Positions 54,745-64,000 of a DNA stretch of 64,000 bases are shown one piece after another. Source of the DNA: Thecamonas trahens ATCC 50062. Taxonomy: Eukaryota; Protista; Apusomonadida. Location: positions 117,369 to 181,368 of the forward strand of contig NW_013657656.1 in NCBI RefSeq assembly GCF_000142905.1, in the 5' to 3' direction. Within the stretch, counting starts at the first letter, position 1. The number at the start of each line of letters is the position of its first letter. The translations under genes and the position numbers were made by a program. The notes beneath the pieces were generated by a model. The model was not told the origin of the DNA. It made no database searches and worked only from the letters and a program-made list of their open reading frames with translations.

Positions 54745-55883
54745 TTACGCAGACGTCGGCGTCGGAAAGTACTCGGCAAGCTTGGCCTCGAGCCCGTCGA
54801 GATCGCTGTCGAGAGAGCCGGCAAAGTGGAAGGCACCGTTGGGCGCGACGAGCGCAAAGTCGGCGACGTCGCCGTACGCGCTGGCCACCTCGCCGTGGGC
54901 GTCGAGGACCTGAGTGAGGTGCGCCCGGAGGCCCGAGACCGGCTTGGGCGCCGAGACGACAACGTCGAGGCCAGCGTTGCCTGCGGCAATGGCCGAGGCG
55001 TGGACCTGGTTGGCGAGCTCGACGAGCGAGGCCGTCTTGCCCTCGTCCCCGCCTTCGGCCGCAATGACGAGGAGCGTAAACCCGATCCGCGGCCGGAGGA
55101 TGTCCTGCAGCGTCGACTTGCGCCAGAGCTGCAGACGCGGAAGCACCGCCCGTGCTGCGTCGGCCGCAGAGTCCTTGGCGGCGGCGGCGCCGGCCGGCGA
55201 GAGCCAGCCGAGCGTCTCCAGCGCCGTCGCCCACCCCAGCCGCGACGCCTCGGCCACGCTCGCCGACTCGGGCACCACCAGCTCGACCGCCGCCACCTCC
55301 TCGGCCAGTTCACCTGCGCTCGCGCCCGACCAGCGAGTCGACGCCGAGCGCCGCCGACGCAGGCGCAAACCGCGATGCCAGCTGCGCCTCCAGCGCGTCG
55401 AGCAGCATCGGGGCAGGCAGCTCCAGCGAGCCGCCGGGCGCAGTCACCTCGGCGTGCAGGCCGCCCAGTGGCGGCGGCACGTCGACGTCCGGCAGATACG
55501 GGACCCGCCCCTCGCTCCGCGCCGCGTACGGCCCGCGCCCATGCCGCCGTGCAAGCAGATCATGCACAAAGCCGCGATGGAGGCGCGGAAAGTCGCGCCA
55601 CGCGTCGAGCGCCCGCACGTCGCCCTCGTCAAGCGTCACCGCCGGCGCCTCACTCCCGGCGCCTCCGCGCCCACCCGCCACCATCGCCGGCACGTTGCGG
55701 CGCAGGCACTCGATGGCCGCCACGTACGGGCCAGCCCCGCTGCCGACCGCAACCACCGCGTTCGTCCCACTGCCCGCCGCCGGGTTTGTCGCGCTCGCCG
55801 CCCGCACCCGCCGCAGACACCAGCCGCGCAGACGCTCCGCCGGCCGCCACCGCCCCGCGCACCTGCCGCAAGAACAAAGCCAT
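54745..55883 (-). CDS. Degenerate flavoprotein-monooxygenase-like protein with a presequence-like N-terminus; two apparent frameshifts (~55801-55803 and ~55325-55327)
   Basis: MALFLRQVRG leader; AVVAVGSGAGPYVAAIECLRRNVP Rossmann-like motif; C-terminal PRLQLW..STLQD..GFTLL...YG...FALVAPNG resembles the aromatic-hydroxylase C-terminal domain. Confidence 0.45.
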
Positions 55884-56145
55884 GTCTCTCTCGTGTCTGT
55901 TGCGCTGCTGACCACAGAGAGGAGGTGCGGTCGCACCCATACTCGCCCCCGTGCTCGCCCCCGTCTCTCCCCCCTCCCCCTCTTCCCGCCGACCGAGGAT
56001 GACAGCGAGATCCGCCCGCGAGTTGCGACCGGCAAACCAGACGCTGCCACTTGCGAGTAGCCACAGCCTCTGGCCGGGAGGGGAGGGGGAGTCTACTGGC
56101 AGAGTTTGCAGTTTATGGGCAGATAGAGTTGCCAGGTTACGCGGG

Positions 56146-57468
56146 CTACTCGCCCGGGATCTGCTCAAACATGTCCAGGATCTTGTTGCGGTGCTTGCAG
56201 AGCAGGCCCGAGGAGCCCTGGATGCGGTCGGTGATGACGGCAAGGAGGTTGCGCGAGGCGCGGAGCTTGTCGACCGTGTTCTCGACGAGAGCCAGAATCT
56301 GGACGTGCGTCGAGTTGTCGCGGTCGGGCTCGATGAGGTCGCGGAAGAGCTTGTGCGAGTTCGCAAAGACCTTTTCGGCCGACGAGTTGGCCTGCATGAG
56401 GGCCTCGGCCTGGCGCATGAGGTTGTCGAGGGCGGCGGTGTTGTCGAGCGTATCGAGAGTAGTCTCCTGCTTGACGAGGCCAAGGAACTTGGAGTGCTCA
56501 GCGGCGGGCTTGAGCTTCTTGCGGCGCCGAAAGGCGGTGCCTGGTGCGGCCTTGCGCTTGCGGCTCTCCGACTCGGAGCCGCGCTCCCGGGCCAGCTTGG
56601 CCTCCTGCTCCGACCGCAGCCGCTCGCTCTCTTGCTCGCCGCGGAGACAGACTTCGGCAGCGAGGAGGAGCGACTGGAGCTTGCCCGGAGCGTCGGCCTC
56701 GTCCTCGTCAGACACAACAACCTCCTCCTCGACAATCTCATGCGGTTCGACGACCTCGTTCATCGGCACAGGCGCAGTGCCCGCAGCCATGCCCATCGGC
56801 GCCTGCCCGGTGGCGTACCCATTCCCGCCGTAGTTGTACGACTGGTGCCCGTGCTGCATGGCGTGGTTCATCGAGCCAGGGTGCATCAATTGCGTCTGCG
56901 GAAGCACAGCCACGGGGTATGGCGACGAGTACTGCGCCGCCTGCGCATACTGGTGGTACACGTTGGGCGCCTGGAACGGCGTGTAGAACCCGGGCGACGC
57001 CATGTGCCCGGACATCGGCATTTGCACCATCCCCACATCCTGCTGCGACGCGTGGTGCATATGCTGGTGGTGGGCGGCGGCGGCGTGCTGCTGGTGCTGG
57101 TGGGCGGCGGCGGCGTGCTGCTGGTGCTGGTGCTGCGCCGCCGCCGCCGCTGCTGCTGCCGCCCGCGCCTCGGCCTGCGCCGCTGCTGCTGCTGCCGCTG
57201 CGGCTTCGGCCGCCTGCGCCGCCGCCGCCTGTGCTGCGGCCTCGGCTGCTGCTGCCGCCGCCGGATCGACCGGGTTCTGCGCCTGCGTATCCCTGGCCAC
57301 CGGCGCCTGGGCAGCTGCACCGACCTCGTGCTGGGCGCCCACCACCGGCACCACGCCAGCGTCCGCCTCTGCTGCCACACCCTGCTCAACGGCGGGCGCC
57401 ACTTCCATGGGCTGCGGCGCTGCAACCTTGGTCGGCGGGCGCCGCCTCTGCTGGTGCCACTGCCTCTG
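56146..57468 (-). CDS. Hypothetical Q/H/A-rich protein with NLS-like motif and C-terminal coiled coil; 5' end lost in the gap
   Basis: Open frame from the gap to 56146; poly-A/Q/H tracts; RKRK..RRRKK. Confidence 0.6.
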   Translation of the reverse strand, partial: QRQWHQQRRRPPTKVAAPQPMEVAPAVEQGVAAEADAGVVPVVGAQHEVGAAAQAPVARDTQAQNPVDPAAAAAAEAAAQAAAAQAAEAAAAAAAAAQAEARAAAAAAAAAQHQHQQHAAAAHQHQQHAAAAHHQHMHHASQQDVGMVQMPMSGHMASPGFYTPFQAPNVYHQYAQAAQYSSPYPVAVLPQTQLMHPGSMNHAMQHGHQSYNYGGNGYATGQAPMGMAAGTAPVPMNEVVEPHEIVEEEVVVSDEDEADAPGKLQSLLLAAEVCLRGEQESERLRSEQEAKLARERGSESESRKRKAAPGTAFRRRKKLKPAAEHSKFLGLVKQETTLDTLDNTAALDNLMRQAEALMQANSSAEKVFANSHKLFRDLIEPDRDNSTHVQILALVENTVDKLRASRNLLAVITDRIQGSSGLLCKHRNKILDMFEQIPGE

Positions 57469-57568
57469 NNNNNNNNNNNNNNNNNNNNNNNNNNNNNNNN
57501 NNNNNNNNNNNNNNNNNNNNNNNNNNNNNNNNNNNNNNNNNNNNNNNNNNNNNNNNNNNNNNNNNNNN

Positions 57569-59024
57569 CAGCGGGGTGTCGGTAAGGCCGCCTGACTTGG
57601 CAGGTGCATCAGTGAGGCCGCTCGGCTTAGAGCCGGATGGACGGCTGACGCGGCCGGACGAGGCCGCGGCCGAGACGCGGGCGTGGTCTGCCGGCGGCGG
57701 CGGCGGCTGGTCAAAGATACGGCCACGGTAGTGGTCGCGAAGGTTGGGCTGGCGGACCGAGGGCTCAGGAATGATCTCCTTGACGGTGGGGAGGACGGGT
57801 GCGTTGTTGGCGGCAGGGCCCATGGGCTGCGGCGCTTCGGACACAAAGTTGACGTCGGTAGCAATGTTGGCGAGGCCTGTGACGACGTCGGGCAGGCGCG
57901 ACGGCGGCAGCTCGCCGACTTTTGGGTGGTAGATGAACGTGGTCTCGCCGTACTGCGTCCGCTGCGGGCCGTTGGCGATGGACTCGGGCGCGGCGCCGAT
58001 GAGGACCTCGGGCTTGACCGGGACCGACGCGTCGTCGCCGAGCAGGTTGTCGGTCGACACGTATGCCTTGTACGGGTTTTCGGTCGAGTTGTAGAGCAGG
58101 AGCGACGAGACTGAGGTGATGTTGTCCGGCAGGCGGCCGAGGCCCTCGAGCTCGATCTGTTCGCGCGACTTGGCCTCCGTCACGTGCTTCTGCACGAGGT
58201 CGACGTCGACGGCGTTTGCGAGGCGGGCATCGTAGTCGACTTCGCGCATGGGACCCATCATGTGCCTGCGGCGCTTGAGCAAGAGCGGGCGGAACGGATC
58301 GTGCAGCATGTGCGCCCGCTCGTAGTCCTTGCGCCCCGGATAGTGGGCTGGCGAGTGGATCCGGGTCGCCTCGGTCGAGTTGGCCAGGTGCTTGATCTTG
58401 TTGCGCGCGACAGCCACCCGCTTGGCCATCCGTCCTACCCGCCGCTTCTGCCGCTTGACGTCCGAGCCGACCTTGGCAAAGACCGAGTCGACCACATGCT
58501 CCAAATACTGCAGCGCGTCAAAGATCTGGTGCAGGTTCTCCGGCTCGCGGAGGTCCGGCGGGGTGACTGTGCGAGGAGGGGGGGGGGGGGGGGAGAGTGG
58601 CCATGGGTGGTCCCAAGGGGTTGCTCAGTGGAGGAGGGGGTGGAGGGAGGCGAGGCGGGGAACAGCGACCTTTTTCTGGGGCTGAGGGAGGGGGGGGAGG
58701 GGGGGGGGGCCTACCACCCACCCACGACAAGGAGCAGCAGCAGACGCAGACTGGTCTTGGCGCGTGGAGGGGGTAGTGTGTGTGTGGGAGGGGGACAGGC
58801 GGGCAAAAAAATGGCCATGGGTCCCTCGGGCGACGTGGTGGTCTTCCATGACCCATCCCACTGCGAGGGGCTGGTGGGCCGGGGGGGCGTGGCGGGAGGG
58901 AGGGAGGAAGAGGTGGGCTGGTGGGAGGGAGGGCCAAGGCAGGGGAGAGAGGCAGGGGAGGGGTGGGAGGGGAGGGCTGGTGGGTGGGGGGGTGAGGGGG
59001 GTCTGTAGCTGGGCGTACCTCCAT
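57569..59024 (-). CDS. WASHC1: WASH complex subunit 1 (Arp2/3 nucleation-promoting factor); 5' exon(s) uncertain, VCA end in the gap
   Basis: PDLREPE..HQIFDALQYLEHVVDSVF, SPAHYP, EGLGRLPDNITSVSSLLLYNSTENPYKAY, YHPKVGELP..LPD...LANIA, polyproline. Confidence 0.88.
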
Positions 59025-59339
59025 CTCTGTCTGCTGCACTTGCGTGCCCTCAGTGGCCTGGTCGTCCGCGGGTTGCAGTGTGGCACTGCCGCAGCGGCCC
59101 CGAGGTTGAGTGAGAGTGGCTCTGCCCGTTCTGGCGATATGGGCATTGCGAACCCGGTGAGTGGCGGTGGAGACCAATGAACCGAACAAACGAGCAAACG
59201 AACAATTGACGGAACAAAAGGACGTAGCAGAAACGTATCATGATGTGTGGCGTGGGGCACAAAGCCACTTACCGACAGAGGCACAATGAGCACAGACGGA
59301 TGGTCGGTCGTCTACCATGCGCTGAACGATCTCTCCTTT

Positions 59340-62300
59340 TTACGTGCCAAACAGGCCGCCGGTGCTCTTGGGCGCCAACTCGATGCTGCTGTTGCCGCTG
59401 CGCGGCGCCAGACTTGACTGGGGAGCAGCGGCGGTGATGACGTTGGCGGGCACGCACGAGCCGCCGTTGCCGCCGTACGTGACGGGGACGGCCTTGGCGC
59501 CGAGCGCGTAGTAGGTGGCGAGGCGGGCGAGGTTCTCGGACACGAGCCACTGCACGAGGAGCGACGAGGCAAACATCGAGGCGATCGACGCCGGCTCGAA
59601 CGGGAAGAGCGAGGTGGCGAGCGGGAGGAAGAGGATAACGCCGTTGAAGCCGAGAAGAACACCGTTGATGACGACGGCGAGTGCAATGGCCGAGCTGCCT
59701 TCCCTGCCGCTGTTTCCGGCTTCAGCGCCGCGCGCCTGTAGCGCGCGCTTGAGCGGCGGGCCGAGGGCAATGAAGGAGACAACAGCCGAGACGGCAACCG
59801 TGAGGACCATGTCGAGCGCCCGGTCGAGCGAGAGCACCGCATCGTCGTCCTTGTACGATGACGAGTTGATGAGCGGCATGATGGCCGTGACAAGGAAGAG
59901 GACGTTGACCGAAAAGACAAGGAGCGCTAGCCGCCCGCCGCGGGAAACGCGTCGTTCTCGCTTCGCAGCACAATGCCGAGCAGCGAGTGCTGGCGCAGCG
60001 CGTACGACGCCGGCGGGAGACCAAGCCACCGCTCGGGATCAGCCGCATACTTGCGGGCCATCGACTCGCGCCTGTAGCACCCGATTAGAATGAGCCAAAT
60101 CGCTGCTCCAGCAATGACATACAGCGCCACCACCGGCGGCATGGTCGCCACGCTCCCACCAAGCACGTCGCTGGCGACTTCCTCTTTCTGGGTCACCGGC
60201 TGCGGGGTGACCGGCAGAGCCGGCGGCGGCGGCATCGTCGTGTTGCCTCCGTTTGGCGGCGGCGTTGGCGGCAGAGCCGTTGGCGGCGGCGGCGTTGGTG
60301 GCATCGCGGTGCACGACCCGTTGTGGAGAAGGTACCCGGGCGAGCATGCCATGCAGGCTACGGCCGAGGTGCACTGTGCACAACCCTCGGAGCACGTCCC
60401 GCACACTGTCGATGCTGAAACAAAGTATCGTCCGGCTGGACACGTCCAGCACGCGCCGAGCGTATCGACCAGGGCGTAGCCGCTATGGCACATCAAGCAC
60501 GCGTCGGTGCCCGACGAGCATCCGGCCGAGAGATCCATCAACGCGCAGTGGAGCCGCTCGTTGCAGCTCGGGCCAGACCATCCCGGGCGGCACGCCGTGC
60601 ACGCGGCGTTGGCGGTGAGCGTCGGGAAGACGGCACAGCCCGAGAGCCCGTGGTAGCACGGCGCCCCAGCGCCGCACCCATTGGCCAGGCCGGGCATCGT
60701 CGCGCCCACTGCGCACCAAGTGTCTGGTTCGCAGTACGGCGCGCGGTTGTCGCACACGGCCGAGTTGGCAAATGGGACAACCGTGTCGTGGGCGTGAACC
60801 GCGCCCGACTCGACGCTCGGGTTGACAATGACATTCTCACTCACCAGCGTGTCACGGACAAGCGAGCCCGCCCGCAGGCCATCGATATACATCCCGGAGC
60901 CTTTGGTCGCCGAGTTGCGCACAATGGTCACGTCGGTGGCGAGGAGGAGCGCGTTGTCGGCAACAACCGACACACCGCCTCCATCGACTCCCGCAGAGTT
61001 GTCCTTCACCGTGCTCGTCCTCACTTCAAAGGTCGGCGATGGCGTCGCAGCAATCTCCCGCAGCGAGAGCCCGCCACCCGACGTGGCACATCCGTTGCTC
61101 AAAAACGCACAGTCGGCAATGGTGGCGTTGACGTCGACGTGCGCGCCGCCGCCCGACGAGCCGGCCGAGTTGAGCGCAAAGGTTACTGTGTCCAAGTCTA
61201 AGCTGCCTTGGCCGGTGTAGAGCCCACCACCAGCACCGGCTATCGCCGTGTTGCTTGTAAACGAGGTGTTGGTCACCGCCAGCGGCCGCGAGACCGCTAT
61301 CCCGCCGCCGTTGGACGCTGCCACGTTGGAGGCGAGCTCGCACCTGACCAGAGCCGACACCGCGCCGGAGCCCGACGACGACGCTCCGATGCCGCCGCCG
61401 TTGCCTCCAGCAGAGTTGCGGCTCAGCACCGAGTCGACGACGCTGACGGCTGCCGCCACATACAGGCCGCCGCCCGAGCCGCCGGCAGTTGAGTCGACAA
61501 TGGTGACAAACGCGAGGCTGGTGCCACCCAGCTCGGCGCGGATGCCGCCGCCGTTGGAGCCTGCGGAGCAGCCTGAAAACGTCGAGGTCACAATGTCTGC
61601 CGACGTTGCTGAGGGATAGATCTGGACACATCCACCGGCACTCGCCGCTGAGTTTGCGCTAAACGTCGCACCCGTGATCGAGACAGCACCCGAACCGGCA
61701 GCGATGGCGCCACCATTGCCGCCCGCGCTGTTGCGCTCGAACGTCGACGTGACCACAGTGAGCGAGCCCGATTGGACATCGATCGCGCCGCCGGCCCCGG
61801 TCACGGTGTTGTCGCTAAAGTAGCAGTCGGTGACGGTGGCAACTGAGGTCGAGACCAATCGCAGCGCACCGCCCGACGGCCCGGAGTTGCGCTCCATCGT
61901 AGTCTGTGACAGAGTCACAGTCGTCGACTCGGCCACAACCGCTGCGCCATTGCCCGAGTTGCCGCTGACCCAGGTGTCAGTGAGTATCAGGCTCGAGTCT
62001 GCAGCGTGAAGACCGGTCGCCGGCAAGGCACCGGTGTTGTTCACGATCTGGCAGCCGCTGCCCAGGGAGACGAGTGAGGAGACAGCATCGAGGCCAGCCG
62101 CATGCTGGCTTGCATCGTTGCGGACCATCCCAACATTGGACCCTGTCAGCGAGGCGCTCTCGACCTGGATTGCGGTCCCGTACTTGCCCGAGTTGTCCGC
62201 GAACCAAGCATTCGCCAGCGTTGCGGTGCAATGCTGAACCCGGAGCTGCGAGCGATCGCTTCTGCCGCCGGACACATCGCAGTTGGTGACTGAGAAGTCG

Positions 62301-63061
62301 ACGACGGTGGCGGAGCACATCGCAATGTTGTGGCTTGTTCCAATGAGCACTCCGGCGCCGGTGCCGTCAGCCAGATACACGCCTGTCGCAGTCACGCTCA
62401 CGTCAAACGGATTGGCTACTCCGGGGCTCCGTCCGATGACTAGCACATACGCCTGGTCATCAAGATTGTGTCCGTACGAGGCAAAGCTGGAGAGCACGAC
62501 GCTCATGGTGGGTGCAAAGAGCGTAATGCTGTCGTCGTGGAGGAGGCAGACGAGGCATGCTTCACCACCGGTGGTGCTCATGGCCATGTTGTGCAGCTCG
62601 ACGCGATCAAGGGCAACGTCGAATCCGACGCCCTTGGCCTTGAGCACAATGAGCTCGGAGCCTGGCTCGGTTCCAAAGTCTTCAAAGGTAAAGCCAGTCA
62701 TAGAGAACGAGTCGCTGTCAGAACCCTCCATGGTCAGCAGCGGTCCTGTGGCCGACCTGCTTTCGCCAGCCGTGTTGCAGGTGACCACGATGGTCGCGCC
62801 GACAACCGAGGGTCGAAGGACGACCGAGGTGACCGAATCCGGCACCGCCAGTGTGGATGTCGTGCACGCATCGACGTAGGTACCTGTATCGAAGCAGATC
62901 TCCACGTCGCCGGACGCCGAAGTCAGATATGTGGCGACGCCCGCAAGCGCACTGGCGCTCAGCTCAACGGTCAGGTCGCAGGCCGAGACAGTCACAGCAG
63001 CCATGGCAGCTGCTACGAGGACCACGAGTACAGCCCGGCATCCGAAGCCACAACAGGGCAT
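59340..63061 (-). CDS. Cell-surface protein: signal peptide, parallel beta-helix (Pmp-like GGAI/FxxN) repeats, EGF/furin-like Cys-rich region, Pro stalk, and about five TM helices with a polycystin-like pattern; frameshift at ~59942-59944
   Basis: FSDN...GGAI, FERN...GGAI and FSAN...GG repeats; CxxC clusters; HSLLGIVLRSENDAFP/RGGRLALLVF junction. Confidence 0.75.
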
Positions 63062-63253
63062 CGAGCAACGGGATGGGAGGGGGGGGGGGGGGGTAAGGGA
63101 AGTGGGCTGTCGCGGTTGTGTGTATTCTCAAGTGGGGGAGCGACGGATGGAAAGCTTGCGGTGGCTTTCGGCGGCAAAATACGGCGTTCTTAGTTTGGAA
63201 GGCCATGTGAAGGTGGGGTCGGGGTTGGGGCGGGTGGATGGGTGTACATGAGG

Positions 63254-63308
63254 GCATGTGCATGTGCATGCGCATGCGCACGCGCGCGTGTGTGTATGCA
63301 TGTATGTA
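63254..63308. other. Alternating purine-pyrimidine tract (Z-DNA-prone), about 55 bp
   Basis: gcatgtgcatgtgcatgcgcatgcgcacgcgcgcgtgtgtgtatgcatgtatgta. Confidence 0.7.
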
Positions 63309-64000
63309 GGTATGTACGTGTAGGACATTGATCCTGATGATGATGGGCATGGTTGCAGGTGCCAAGGCTACTAGGTGGGCGTTGCGGTAGTGGCCGACGT
63401 ACGACCACGGCCGCGATCATAGCCACGATCATGGCCACGATCAAGAGTACATGGTCTGCAACACATCTATCTAGCCCCTCCGCCTCCCCCCTCCCCCCTC
63501 ATCCCTCAAATCATCGCCATTGCGGCCGCATTGCTGGCCCACCCCGGCCAGACTGGGGAAGTCCGACGAACGTTTGCTGCTCACCGAACATTGGAGTCGG
63601 CGGAGAGCACAAAACCCGAGCGATTTCAGGCATCCCCCATTGATACGCATTACAACCATCCGATTGTCACAGGACACCAGGTTCTTCCCCAACCACCTTT
63701 CTTTTTCCTTTCCTTGCCTCCTCCTCCCTCCCCCCTTCTCCGTCGCACATTCGAATCGAGTGCCCGACCCGACCACCTCACCCCAATCGATTGGTTTTCA
63801 ATAGCCCATCGATTACCCCGCGCGTCAACCCAAACCAACGCGTCCATCCCCCGCCACACCGCACCACCGTCACCCACCCACCCACCGCCCCCCCCCCTCC
63901 CGCACCCATACACACACACACACACGCACACACTATGTTCCGCTCGTCTGCCCTCCGCATGGGTGCAGCGGCCGCACGGTCGATCACCATGATGAACAAG

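Noticed and set aside
56146-58504. Single WASH1 fusion with the downstream Q/H-rich ORF
   Set aside because: The junction lies in a 100-N gap of unknown size that probably hides the WASH VCA domain and the next gene start.
31089-59024. Functional cluster of membrane-trafficking genes (RAB3GAP2, YIPF4, P4-ATPase, VPS4, WASH1)
   Set aside because: The genes are interspersed with unrelated ones and trafficking genes are abundant, so there is no evidence beyond chance.
16221-59944. Five frameshifts (16221-16225, 42610-42613, 55325-55327, 55801-55803, 59942-59944) as programmed frameshifting or RNA editing
   Set aside because: Each is a single-base indel in a short homopolymer with no shared slippery heptamer; this pattern is typical of sequencing error. 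Raw reads would settle it.
123-63999. Numerous long overlapping antisense or alternate-frame ORFs (e.g. 2583-3683, 12842-13897, 29801-31060, 55951-57585)
   Set aside because: Shadow ORFs expected from high GC and strong third-position codon bias; they show no recognisable motifs.

Overview
A GC-rich, gene-dense, intron-poor eukaryotic genome segment with four N-gaps. Its style (GT-AG introns near the 5' ends of genes, often with poly-C/poly-G tracts; very short intergenic spacers) suggests a unicellular protist such as an apusomonad; that assignment is inference. About 33 protein-coding loci are recognisable. Housekeeping genes include RAE1, a MAP2K, CENP-O, an acyl-CoA carboxylase beta subunit, RAB3GAP2, YIPF4-like, DPH5, a HELQ/POLQ-type helicase, a P4-ATPase, DTD1, VPS4, mitochondrial SerRS and WASH1. 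The most notable items are: (1) a uracil-DNA-glycosylase-like domain with a GQNPY (D-to-N) active-site motif fused to an intact TKL kinase, directly downstream of the helicase, a candidate DNA-sensing signalling module; (2) a full-length homologue of the PI3K-gamma adaptor p101/p87, usually regarded as vertebrate-specific; (3) a two-ORF PIF/Harbinger unit with no evident TIRs between two diverged formate/nitrite channel paralogues; (4) a beta-helix (Pmp-like) ectodomain joined to a polycystin-like membrane module; (5) a 102-bp coding minisatellite in the helicase; (6) a decayed duplicate of the RAE1 3' end. Five single-base frameshifts all fall in short homopolymers and are probably sequencing errors. 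All family calls come from motif recognition by eye, not database searches.
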